A DNA stretch of 64,000 bases, taken from positions 32,026 to 96,025 of the forward strand of contig CAZLTL010000007.1 of assembly GCA_964562525.1 (NCBI GenBank), written 5' to 3'. The first letter of the stretch is position 1. Each line of letters opens with the position of its first letter. Below the pieces are notes generated by a model that made no database searches, was not told the origin of the DNA, and worked only from the letters and a program-made list of their open reading frames with translations. Origin of the DNA: an uncultured bacterium (GTDB lineage: Bacteria; Omnitrophota; Omnitrophia; Omnitrophales; Aquincolibacteriaceae). Shown piece by piece: positions 52,566 to 61,129 of this stretch. Both the position numbers and the translations under genes were made by a program.

Positions 52566-52928
52566 TTATACAGCTTCCAAAATCTCGCTGACTTTTTTCC
52601 GGAAATCCTCGATAGAAAAAGGTTTGGGCAAAAAACAAACCATATCTCCATCGGCAAAAATACTTTTCACGCTTTCGCGACTCGACATCACAAGCACAGG
52701 AATATTTCGGTAAGGCGAATCCGGACGCTTGAGGTTAACAAGCAACTCATATCCCGTCATTTCAGGCATCAACACATCGGTAGCGATCAAGTCAGGCTGA
52801 ATACGGCCCACACCATCTAACGCCGCCGCGCCATTGGAAAAAATGGTAACCTCATAATCCGCTCTCAGCATCGCCTTTAAAAGCGCCGCAAGGCTAGGAT
52901 CGTCGTCCACGATCATTATTTTTTTCAT
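52566..52928 (-). CDS. Single-domain CheY-like response regulator (orphan receiver)
   Basis: MKKIMIVDDD, phospho-acceptor D in LIATDVLMP, conserved K in FLPKP. Confidence 0.8.
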   Translation of the reverse strand: MKKIMIVDDDPSLAALLKAMLRADYEVTIFSNGAAALDGVGRIQPDLIATDVLMPEMTGYELLVNLKRPDSPYRNIPVLVMSSRESVKSIFADGDMVCFLPKPFSIEDFRKKVSEILEAV

Positions 52929-53020
52929 CTTACCTGTCCCTTTGGTAAACGGTACCTTTTTTACTCGCCTGTCCCCGCGATTCCCGGTACCTTTTTTTGG
53001 GCGACTAACGTCTTTTTTAG
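52929..53020. repeat. Two family-B-like units (cctgtccc-tttggtaaacggtacctttttt; cctgtccccgcgattcccggtaccttttttt) between bla and the receiver gene
   Basis: Shared ggtacc-Tn ends with the other B copies. Confidence 0.5.
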
Positions 53021-53818
53021 TTATTCAAATAAAGACTCAACAAGAACGCGAACATCTTTTCCCGTCGCGCCGTCACCTTTTACCACGGCTGCAAAAGCAT
53101 AATTTTCATTATGAGACTCAACATATCCGACAAACCAGCCATAGTTCGACTGCGGTGCGTTGTTCATGGCACTGCCCGTTTTTCCATAAAGCACGCTCTG
53201 CGAAACTTCCTTCACACGCATGATTTCTTTTAACCCTGCTCGCGTTTTTTCCGAAAAAGGCAATTGTCCTGAAACCAACCGGCACAAAAGCTGCGCTTGC
53301 TCAAACGGTGAAATCAAAATTGTTTGGCGGTTTTCAGCGGGGAGCCAAAAAACATCAAGCCCTGCACTGATATCCTCATTACCGTACCCGATGCGGTTCA
53401 GCCAATTTTGCATAGCCTCGGCTCCGATTGAGCGCGCCAAAGCTTGATACGCGGGCACGGAAGAAACACGGAATGCCTCTTTTAAATTCAAATTCTGATT
53501 CCAATCCGGAATCGCACGCGTCACACCGTCCCACTCGTAAAACGATTGCTCGGGAGAGGTCAGCACCCCCTCCTCAAATCCAATCAATGTATTCCAGATT
53601 TTAAAAGTGGAACACGGTGCCAGTTTTTTCGAAACCCCCTCGGGATTGAATTGCAAAGCTTGCTCCGACCCGCAATCCAGCATCACAAACGCACCGTCAC
53701 GCCCCTCAAAAATAGATTGAACCCTCGCCTCAGAAACCGGTAAAACACTCTCATTCGCCGCAACCGATAAGGCAGCATTGAAACAGAAACAAATGAGCAG
53801 ACCCAAACATTTTTTCAT
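53021..53818 (-). CDS. Class D (OXA-type) serine beta-lactamase
   Basis: Signal peptide; STFK (PCSTFKIW), SVP-type motif, YGN, KTG, and W..G (GWFVGYVE). Confidence 0.85.
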   Translation of the reverse strand: MKKCLGLLICFCFNAALSVAANESVLPVSEARVQSIFEGRDGAFVMLDCGSEQALQFNPEGVSKKLAPCSTFKIWNTLIGFEEGVLTSPEQSFYEWDGVTRAIPDWNQNLNLKEAFRVSSVPAYQALARSIGAEAMQNWLNRIGYGNEDISAGLDVFWLPAENRQTILISPFEQAQLLCRLVSGQLPFSEKTRAGLKEIMRVKEVSQSVLYGKTGSAMNNAPQSNYGWFVGYVESHNENYAFAAVVKGDGATGKDVRVLVESLFE

Positions 53819-53857
53819 TTATTTAACCCGGCACTTCCGGTACCGGTACCTTTTTCT
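53795..53857. repeat. 62 bp repeat (copy 2) spanning the bla start codon and the 3' end of the upstream gene; identical to 52438-52499 except one T
   Basis: Direct alignment gagcagacccaaacattttttcatttatttaacccggcacttccggtaccggtacc. Confidence 0.75.
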
Positions 53858-54396
53858 GTTTTCTGTAATTCAGAGCCCATGTTAATTAAGTCAGTTAAAT
53901 TTGCTCCGGCTGCATAGCTAATCATAAATTTTCCGTGCTGAAGCTCTTCGATTAATTTTTTCAATCGATGAACTTTTATCCCAGCTTGTTCAATCAGTCT
54001 GACTTCATCTTCAGACTTCACATTGTGAATGACGAGCTCACTAGACCACGGTTTGTTGAAAAGAGCTTGCATCAACTTTCTCTTTTTAGGTTCATTAAAT
54101 TTTATTTCAACCCATTCCTTGACACCTTGCTCCAGATCCCCAGGCTCTCGCTTAGCGCTAGTTGCACCGCGCCCTTTAGCCCGCTGAACTTCTTTTGGAA
54201 CCCTAGATATATAGCTGACAGGACGCATAGAAGCTTGCACTTCGATATGCCGACATTCTTCAACCTCCGCACCTTTAATCTTAATTGCCAAAAGATCCAT
54301 TTCATGAACACCGAGCTTGATACCACGAATGGTAAAATAACCCTGCCGATTTAACCATTCCTCCACAATTTCTTCTGCCAACAATGCCATAGACAA
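53815..54396 (-). CDS. YraN/UPF0102-like PD-(D/E)xK-fold protein with the Lys position occupied by Gln (EVQ), plus a ~110 aa C-terminal extension; stop overlaps the bla start (ATGA)
   Basis: EEWLNRQGYFTIRGIKLGVHEMDLLAIK...IEVQAS parallels the YraN GEIDLIA...VEVK pattern; the C-terminal GTGTGSAGLNK is encoded by repeat family B. Confidence 0.45.
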   Translation of the reverse strand: MSMALLAEEIVEEWLNRQGYFTIRGIKLGVHEMDLLAIKIKGAEVEECRHIEVQASMRPVSYISRVPKEVQRAKGRGATSAKREPGDLEQGVKEWVEIKFNEPKKRKLMQALFNKPWSSELVIHNVKSEDEVRLIEQAGIKVHRLKKLIEELQHGKFMISYAAGANLTDLINMGSELQKTEKGTGTGSAGLNK

Positions 54397-54429
54397 CCTC
54401 TAGCTAACTTTTACCTTTTATACTTAACC

Positions 54430-54595
54430 TTTAACCTGCACTCTTACCTGTCCCCGCGGTACCCGGTACCTTTTTTTTCCAACCTGGCACTTCCGGTACC
54501 GGTATCTTTTTCTTAATCAAATCAGACTACAGACCAACGACCGAAGACTAACGACTTTTCGAACCCGGCACTTCCGGTACCGGTACCTTTTTAGA
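54430..54595. repeat. Cluster of family B repeats (three copies) and family A (54526-54563) between the DUF4062-like gene and the nuclease-like gene
   Basis: cctgtccccgcggtacccggtaccttttt; aacctggcacttccggtaccggtatcttttt; aacccggcacttccggtaccggtaccttttt. Confidence 0.65.
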
Positions 54596-55553
54596 AAGGA
54601 ACATTCTCATCCGGGGCATCGAGCACATCCAACTTCAGATCCGCTTCTTTCCATTCTTCAGGCGTAAAAATCTTTAAACGCCCTTCAGCATCAAATATAC
54701 TTTTATTGAACTTCAATAGATGTATTTTCTTGCCTCGGGTCTCCGTCCATTCAATAAAATTGGGACTATCCCAAAGCTCTTCCACCATCATGGAAAAACC
54801 ACGTGCTCTTAGCCAAGCCTCAAACTCTGATTTATTAGTAAAATAAATTCGATAGGGAATTTTCAACATTTTCTTAAGTTGATTAAAAATTGGATGGCTA
54901 CCCAACAATATTTCTCGAATAGCAGCGTCTCCTCTTTCTTTTGCGCTGGTTAAAAAAGAAACCAACTGTTTTAGAGTTGCGATCATTTCTTTCATATCAG
55001 CCAGATCTAATAATTCTTTCTGCCGTGCATTCTCCTGAAGTAACCGCTGAAAAAGACCCGCCCATTGCTCCTGAAGATAGCCTGTAATATCTGCCGTAAT
55101 TTCAAATCCAGCCACTTGATTATTAAATGGTAAAGCAAAAACTTCGTCCAAAAATTTATAGATTTTGAGATCATCAACAGCGGCCGGCTTAAACTGCGCG
55201 TTGTCTCGATTTTTTTCATATGTTTTGTGTTCCGCAAGAACATTTTTTTCAACAAAAACATATATTTGTTTGTTTAATTCAATAGCTGTTTTCAACTCTT
55301 GCTGTGAAATTGAATAATCTTTCTCTTTTGACGGGCTACCATAACGACCTCCCACAATTGAAATAATAATGTCACAATGCTCTATTTCCTTATAACAGTA
55401 CTCTTCTAATTTTTTTTCTGCGCCATAAGCAACTGCACCACGCTCATGGAGAACAGGCTCAAAGCCTCTTTCCTTAATAAATCTTTCTAAATCAGCCCGA
55501 ACTACTTTTAAATCGTAATAAGTTGAACTCACAAAAACCCTAGGTCTTGCCAT
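54591..55553 (-). CDS. DUF4062-like N-terminal domain protein with an uncharacterised C-terminal region
   Basis: RVFVSSTYYDLKVVRADLERFIKERGFEPVLHE...CDIIISIVGGRYGS fits the DUF4062 start (VF[IV]SST..DL...R). Confidence 0.45.
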   Translation of the reverse strand: MARPRVFVSSTYYDLKVVRADLERFIKERGFEPVLHERGAVAYGAEKKLEEYCYKEIEHCDIIISIVGGRYGSPSKEKDYSISQQELKTAIELNKQIYVFVEKNVLAEHKTYEKNRDNAQFKPAAVDDLKIYKFLDEVFALPFNNQVAGFEITADITGYLQEQWAGLFQRLLQENARQKELLDLADMKEMIATLKQLVSFLTSAKERGDAAIREILLGSHPIFNQLKKMLKIPYRIYFTNKSEFEAWLRARGFSMMVEELWDSPNFIEWTETRGKKIHLLKFNKSIFDAEGRLKIFTPEEWKEADLKLDVLDAPDENVPF

Positions 55554-55670
55554 TTATAAACTCCTAAATTTAACTCGATACAAAAACCCAACTCTTTCGA
55601 TATTGCTTAGCTAGATCGAAAGAGTTATCAAAACAGGAAACCTTTTTGAGAGAAAAGTTTCTCCATTTCA

Positions 55671-55775
55671 CAGCCCCCCACCCCTCTTTGAACGAGGGGT
55701 TCAAGTCCGTTCTTTCGAAGCTGCGAGTTCTGCGCCGTCAGGACGCAGTTGTCTGAGCAGACCGAAAGAACGGAT
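55671..55775 (+). repeat. Structured repeat element copy 2: cagcccccca head, hairpin cccctc-tttgaac-gagggg, 12 bp stem tccgttctttcg(55706-55717)/cgaaagaacgga(55763-55774) around the conserved 45 nt core
   Basis: Core aagctgcgagttctgcgccgtcaggacgcagttgtctgagcagac differs from copy 1 at two positions. Confidence 0.55.
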
Positions 55776-55798
55776 TGAACCGAGCCACTTATATCGAA

Positions 55799-55828
55799 CT
55801 GGATTCCCGCCTTCGCAGGAATGACAGA
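55799..55828. repeat. REP-like element ctggattcccgccttcgcaggaatgacaga
   Basis: Same family as 604-630 and 679-708. Confidence 0.45.
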
Positions 55829-55892
55829 CAAAAAATATAGAAACAATCACAGGTGTCAGGCACCGATTACGATGCCAGACACCCGAACAAAC

Positions 55893-55925
55893 AAAAAGCC
55901 CGATGATTGCTCATCGGGCTTTTAA
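55893..55925 (-). terminator. Rho-independent terminator of nrdB (agcccgatga-ttgc-tcatcgggct, followed by TTTTTGTTTG on the minus strand)
   Basis: 10 bp perfect stem plus T-run. Confidence 0.75.
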
Positions 55926-55947
55926 AACATTCCGACTACTTCTCAGA

Positions 55948-55972
55948 CTGGATTCCCGTTAGGGAATGACAA
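55948..55972. repeat. REP-like hairpin ctggattccc-gtta-gggaatgacaa
   Basis: Perfect 6 bp stem; family member. Confidence 0.5.
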
Positions 55973-55982
55973 TCGTCGTTTT

Positions 55983-57044
55983 TTACTCGTCCCAAGTCAA
56001 CGTTCCGCCTACTTGGTATTCGGTTACGCGCGTCTCAAAGAAATTCTTTTCTTTGCGAAGATCAATCACTTCACTCATCCAAGGAAAAGGATTTTCCGTC
56101 TTGCCGTATTGCTTATTGAGATTGAGTTTTTCCATGCGGCGATCAGCAATATGCTTAATGTATTGTTCAAGCATGGTATGCGTTAAACCCATGAGCCCAT
56201 TCGGAAGAAGATCTTTCGCGTAAGCGATTTCAAGCGCGACGCCTTCACGGAACATTTCTTCACATTCAGCTTTAAACTTTTCAGTCCAAACTTCCGGGTT
56301 TTCTTTGACGATGGTATTGATCAAGTCGATACCAAAGTTAAGATGCATCGATTCATCGCGCAAAATGTACTGAACCTGTTCGCATGTTCCCGGCAAACGG
56401 TTTTGACGGCCGAATGAAAGCAGCATCACAAACGCCGCGTAAAAGAAAACGCCTTCCATCACACCCGAAAAAGCCACCATGTTGCGGAGCAAACGCTGTT
56501 TGCCTTCAAGCGTGCTGGTGTCGAGATTCGGATTGCAAAGATCTTCGGTGTAGCGCGCTTCGAACTCAGCTTTGTCATGCATGGTTTTGCATTCGCGGTA
56601 CATGTTATAAAGCTCGGGCTCATCAAACGAAAGCGATTGCGGAATATATTGATACGCGTGCGTATGAATCGCTTCTTCGAAAGCTTGACGCAAAAGATAT
56701 TGGCGGCATTCCGGCGCGTTGATGTGCTTATAAAGACCAAGCACAAGGTTGTTGGCGACTAAAGTATCAGCCGTGGTAAAGAAACCAAGGTTGCGTTTAA
56801 TCATCAAGCGCTCATCATCCGTAAAAGCCTTAGGGTCTTTCCATTGCTCAATGTCGCGCTGCATGGAAACTTCCTGCGGCATCCAGTGATTAGCGCAGCT
56901 ATCAAGATAGTATTGCCATGCCCATTCATATTTAATGGGAATCAGCTGATTCACATCCACCGCCTTCGAGGCAAGGATGCGCTTGTCATCCTTGTTAATC
57001 TTTTGCGTTGTGAATGGGATGATGTCTTCTTTTCTGTCTAACAT
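55983..57044 (-). CDS. nrdB: Ribonucleoside-diphosphate reductase beta subunit (class Ia)
   Basis: Ferritin-like diiron fold; EEAIHTHAY and FVMLLSFGRQ motifs. Confidence 0.9.
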   Translation of the reverse strand: MLDRKEDIIPFTTQKINKDDKRILASKAVDVNQLIPIKYEWAWQYYLDSCANHWMPQEVSMQRDIEQWKDPKAFTDDERLMIKRNLGFFTTADTLVANNLVLGLYKHINAPECRQYLLRQAFEEAIHTHAYQYIPQSLSFDEPELYNMYRECKTMHDKAEFEARYTEDLCNPNLDTSTLEGKQRLLRNMVAFSGVMEGVFFYAAFVMLLSFGRQNRLPGTCEQVQYILRDESMHLNFGIDLINTIVKENPEVWTEKFKAECEEMFREGVALEIAYAKDLLPNGLMGLTHTMLEQYIKHIADRRMEKLNLNKQYGKTENPFPWMSEVIDLRKEKNFFETRVTEYQVGGTLTWDE

Positions 57045-57096
57045 GTTGAATTTCTCCTAATTCAGAAACTTATAAAAACAACTGACTCAAAAACTT

Positions 57097-57240
57097 AACA
57101 CATCTTTTGATAACCGCAAATAGTATGCCAAACAAAATTAGATCAGAGTTCAGAAATCAAAGATCAGAACCATAGCTTAAAATTCAAAGACCTTAAAAAT
57201 ATCTTTGAGCTCTGATCTATGGTTCTGATTTCTGATCTAT
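57097..57240. repeat. nrdA-nrdB intergenic inverted repeat agatcagaaccatag...ctatggttctgatct (arms about 57148-57175 and 57208-57240); an element family also present at 51097-51125
   Basis: Long imperfect palindrome; shared motif agatcagaaatcagaaccatagct. Confidence 0.55.
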
Positions 57241-57255
57241 AATTTTTGAACTTGC

Positions 57256-60200
57256 CTATTGGCAGGCTTCGCAGTCAGGTCCGTTCTCGATACTGCAAAC
57301 CATTTTCGCACGCGCCGCGGCTTCCGCATCGGCATCAACCACCGGTGCTTCAGGCTTTTTGTTGCGGCCGAGCGGGTCACCGTACTTATTCGCATCGAGC
57401 GTTGATTTCTCAATACGCGTCGCGCCAAGCGAACGGAGATAGTAAGTGGTTTTAAGACCGCGGGTCCACGCAAGCTGATACATTTGGCTCAAACGCTTTC
57501 CGTTTGGTTCTTCCATGTACAAGTTGAGTGATTGGCCCATATCGATCCACTTTTGACGGCGGCTTGCGCATTCAATGATCCATTCATGGCTGATTTCAAA
57601 CGCCGTGAGATAGCGTTCTTTGATCGATTCCGGAATGCGGCCGATTTCCTGCAAATTGCCGTCGAAGTATTTAAGATCATCGATCATTTGCTGATCCCAA
57701 AGGCCAAGCGCTTTCAGCTCGTCTACGAGATAAGGATTCGCGATCGTGAATTCACCCGACAAATTGCTCTTCACATAAATGTGTTTGTACATCGGCTCAA
57801 TCGACTGCGTTACGCCGGCAATGTTGCCGATCGTCGCTGTCGGCGCGATGGCCATACAATTGGAATTGCGCATGCCGTATTGCTTGATATGCTCGCGCAC
57901 CGGCTTCCAGTCGAGACGGCTGGAAGTATCCATATCAAGATATCCGCCGCGTTCGTCTTTCAGCAATTGAATGGTGTCGATCGGAAGCATGCCGCGGTCC
58001 CACTTGGAACCTTTGTAGCTGCCGTAAGTGCCTTTTTCTTTCGCGAGTTTGCTGGAACCCAAAATCGCGTAATACGAAATGGCTTCCATGCTCGCGTCGG
58101 CAAAATCAACCGCCGCTTGCGAAGCATAGCTGATCGCCTGAATATAAAGCGCGTCCTGAAAACCCATGATGCCGAGTCCTACCGGACGATGACGCAAATT
58201 AGCGTTCTTCGCTTCGATAGTCGGATAGAAGTTAATATCAATCACGTTATCAAGCATACGCATCGCAGTTTCAACCGTATCCGCCAAAAGTTTTTGGTTG
58301 AGTCCGGATTCCGTTGTATGCGCCGCCAAGTTGATGGAACCGAGATTGCACACCGCAGTTTCTTCGTTGGAAGTGTTAAGCAAAATTTCCGTGCAAAGAT
58401 TCGAGCTATGCACCACGCCCGCGTGATCCTGCGGAGAGCGGATGTTCGAAGGATCTTTGAAAGTAATCCACGGATGACCGGTTTCAAAAACCTGAGTCAA
58501 CATTTTGCGCCAAAGCTGAACGGCGGGAATCTTTTTGAAAAGAGCGATTTCTCCGCGCGCGGCTTTTTCTTCATAAGCGACATAACGCGCTTCAAAGTCT
58601 TTGCCGTAAGTGTCGTGAAGGTCTTTGGCTTCATTCGGGCTGAACAAAGTCCAATCTTCATTCGCCAAAACGCGCTTCATGAAAAGATCGGGAATCCAGT
58701 TCGCGGTATGCATATCATGCGTACGGCGGCGGTCATCCCCGGTGTTTTTACGAAGCTCAAGAAAATCTTCGACGTCAATGTGCCAGCATTCAAGATAAGC
58801 GCAAACCGCGCCTTTGCGTTTTCCGCCCTGGTTCACCGCAACAGCCGTATCATTGGCAACCTTCAAGAACGGCACCAACCCTTGGCTACGTCCGTTGGTT
58901 CCCTTAATGATAGAACCCATGCCGCGCACGCGTGTCCAGTCATTACCGAGGCCGCCCGACCATTTGGAAAGCTGAGCGTTGTCTTTCACACACTTGAAGA
59001 TGTGATCAAGATCGTCATCGACAGTGGTTAAGAAGCAGGAAGAAAGCTGAGAGTGCAAAGTGCCCGCGTTGAAAAGCGTCGGGGTCGAGCTGACAAAACG
59101 GAAAGACGAAAGCACTTCATAAAATTGAATCGCGCGTTCGGTTTTGTTTTTGCCTTCCACCAAAGAAAGCCCCATGGCCACGCGCATCCAGAAAGATTGC
59201 GGTGTTTCAAGGCGGCGGCCTTTTTCATGGATGAAATAGCGGTCATACAAAGTCTGCAAACCGATATACCCGAAAAGCAAATCGCGTTCAGGCTTCAAAG
59301 CCGCGCCGATTTTTTCAAGGTCAAACTCAAGCAAATCCGGAGAAAGGCGCTCAAACTTCACCATCGCCGTTAAAGCGGTGACGAAAGAAGTCGCATATTC
59401 TTTCTTCATATCTTTCATCATCAGCGGACGGCCGACGACTTCGGCATAAAGCTTGCGGAGAAGAATGCGCGCGGCAACCGAGCTGTACGCGGGCTCTTTT
59501 TCAATCAGAACACGAGTCGCAAGCAGCATCGCTTCGGTGAGCTGACTTTCTTTGATGCCGTTGAAGCAATTTTTAACTGTCCCCTTCAAAATTTCTTCAA
59601 CCGAAACTTTGTCTTCAAGACCATGGCAAGTTTCAGCAATGATGAGCTTCAGCTTTTCAACATCAAGACGTTCGGTGGAACCGTCTTCATGCGCGACGCG
59701 GATATTGGTGAGGCTCGCAAGCGGCTGAGCCTGTTCATTGGCTTCGGCAAAACGCTGTTGGCGCTGTTTTTCGCGGTAAACGATGTAATCGCGCGCGACA
59801 TCATGCTGCGCGGTTTCCATCAAAGACAATTCAACGATATCCTGGATTTCTTCGATATCAATCGTGTGAACGCCGGTATATTGATTCTTAAGGTAGTTCA
59901 CCACTTTGTCGGAAAGCAGCAAAACGCTTTGCTGAGTTTCAGGCTGCAAAGGATATTGATTCTTGCAAGCGGCAAAAGCTTTCGCGAGCGCGATCGTAAT
60001 TTTTTCAGGCTTGAACGAAACCACGCGCCCATCGCGCTTCTTCACCGTAAGACGCTCATGTTCGAAACGGCGCATTTCATGCTCGCGGCGGTAATTGTCA
60101 TATTCTTTGGAAATATCTTCAAAACCGGCAGCCTGAAGTTCACGCACCACGGTGTTTTGAATATCTTCGATAAAAACGATACTGCCCTTGGCGCCTTCGG

Positions 60201-60405
60201 TTTCGCACCATGCCACAACCTTGCCGGCGATCTGTTTAATTTTGGCTTGAGAGTCAGAATCAAGTTCGGATTCTTGCGGAATACCCAAGTGAGCTTTGAA
60301 AGCGGCTTCAATCGCGTTAAAAATACGAACATCGAAAAAAGGAACCTGTTGTCCGTTGCGTTTTTTGACGGTAAGCGATGAGCTCACATAAGACGGGGTT
60401 TGCAT
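57256..60405 (-). CDS. nrdA: Ribonucleoside-diphosphate reductase alpha subunit (class Ia) with three N-terminal ATP-cone domains
   Basis: 1049 aa; three VxKRxG-type cones (VKKRNGQQV, VKKRDGRVV, RVAHEDGSTE); catalytic NLCTEI and C-terminal CxxC tail. Confidence 0.9.
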   Translation of the reverse strand: MQTPSYVSSSLTVKKRNGQQVPFFDVRIFNAIEAAFKAHLGIPQESELDSDSQAKIKQIAGKVVAWCETEGAKGSIVFIEDIQNTVVRELQAAGFEDISKEYDNYRREHEMRRFEHERLTVKKRDGRVVSFKPEKITIALAKAFAACKNQYPLQPETQQSVLLLSDKVVNYLKNQYTGVHTIDIEEIQDIVELSLMETAQHDVARDYIVYREKQRQQRFAEANEQAQPLASLTNIRVAHEDGSTERLDVEKLKLIIAETCHGLEDKVSVEEILKGTVKNCFNGIKESQLTEAMLLATRVLIEKEPAYSSVAARILLRKLYAEVVGRPLMMKDMKKEYATSFVTALTAMVKFERLSPDLLEFDLEKIGAALKPERDLLFGYIGLQTLYDRYFIHEKGRRLETPQSFWMRVAMGLSLVEGKNKTERAIQFYEVLSSFRFVSSTPTLFNAGTLHSQLSSCFLTTVDDDLDHIFKCVKDNAQLSKWSGGLGNDWTRVRGMGSIIKGTNGRSQGLVPFLKVANDTAVAVNQGGKRKGAVCAYLECWHIDVEDFLELRKNTGDDRRRTHDMHTANWIPDLFMKRVLANEDWTLFSPNEAKDLHDTYGKDFEARYVAYEEKAARGEIALFKKIPAVQLWRKMLTQVFETGHPWITFKDPSNIRSPQDHAGVVHSSNLCTEILLNTSNEETAVCNLGSINLAAHTTESGLNQKLLADTVETAMRMLDNVIDINFYPTIEAKNANLRHRPVGLGIMGFQDALYIQAISYASQAAVDFADASMEAISYYAILGSSKLAKEKGTYGSYKGSKWDRGMLPIDTIQLLKDERGGYLDMDTSSRLDWKPVREHIKQYGMRNSNCMAIAPTATIGNIAGVTQSIEPMYKHIYVKSNLSGEFTIANPYLVDELKALGLWDQQMIDDLKYFDGNLQEIGRIPESIKERYLTAFEISHEWIIECASRRQKWIDMGQSLNLYMEEPNGKRLSQMYQLAWTRGLKTTYYLRSLGATRIEKSTLDANKYGDPLGRNKKPEAPVVDADAEAAARAKMVCSIENGPDCEACQ

Positions 60406-60839
60406 GCTGGAAATCTCCTAACTTTGAGAGATAAAAATCTTAAAAAAACAATAAATCTTGGGTGCTTGACGGTGGGTCAAAAAACGTGCGGAAGTGATAA
60501 TAAAATAAAACGGTCTAAGGCATCAAAATAAGACTGTTTTTCACTCCAACCGCCTTTCCTTTCGGAAAGTTTGATTTTTCCACATACTTCTATTGGTTGT
60601 ATGTTAAAAAACCAAAACACCCCATATCTAGTACCGCTAAACTCATTATTCGTCCTGAATTGGAGAACCTTGAGAGTTATTTAGCAGAACTTTTTTGGTG
60701 TGTTCAAGCGATGCAAATTATGTCAGAAATTTATTCAATCGCAAGCGGTTTTTTAGTGTTTTTTTGCACTTTTTTTACACAAAATCTTTTTAAAACTTTT
60801 TATAAAAAACAAATGAAAACAAATGCTAGTTTTTAAGCG

Positions 60840-61110
60840 TTGACAGAAAAATTTTTCTCTGAAAATTTTTTATTTTTTTCGGATTTTTTCTGAAAAATAT
60901 TTTTCACGCAAAATTTTTTCTAAAAAAACTTTTTCCGCTTTCATTTTATTTTTTTGAAAAAAATCTTCTCTCACCTACGTTTGTAGAGGAGAAAGACACA
61001 AAAAAACTTCGAAGAAATAAATTTAACTACAAAATTGGCGCAGAAAAATATTTTCATCGCGCAAATTTTTTATTTTTTTCTCAAATTTTTATTTTGTATT
61101 GGAGGAATTG
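60840..61110. promoter_or_regulatory. AT-rich array of five or more palindromic A/T-tract motifs (GAAAAAWATTTTTC-like) 0.4-0.7 kb upstream of nrdA; candidate regulatory or curved DNA
   Basis: gaaaaatatttttc is a perfect 14 bp palindrome; related units lie ~25-35 bp apart. Confidence 0.35.
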
Positions 61111-61129
61111 CATTTAAAAAATAATGCGC

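Noticed and set aside
50010-54600. Possible CRISPR array, given the many short direct repeats
   Set aside because: Repeat units belong to several different families, have irregular spacing and length, lie partly inside coding sequence, and have no cas genes nearby.
57532-59031. 499 aa + strand ORF
   Set aside because: It lies entirely antisense within nrdA, a well-supported conserved gene. It has no recognisable motifs and is a shadow ORF.
60597-60836. 79 aa + strand ORF upstream of nrdA
   Set aside because: The region is AT-rich regulatory sequence with a low-complexity Phe/Lys-rich translation and no RBS.
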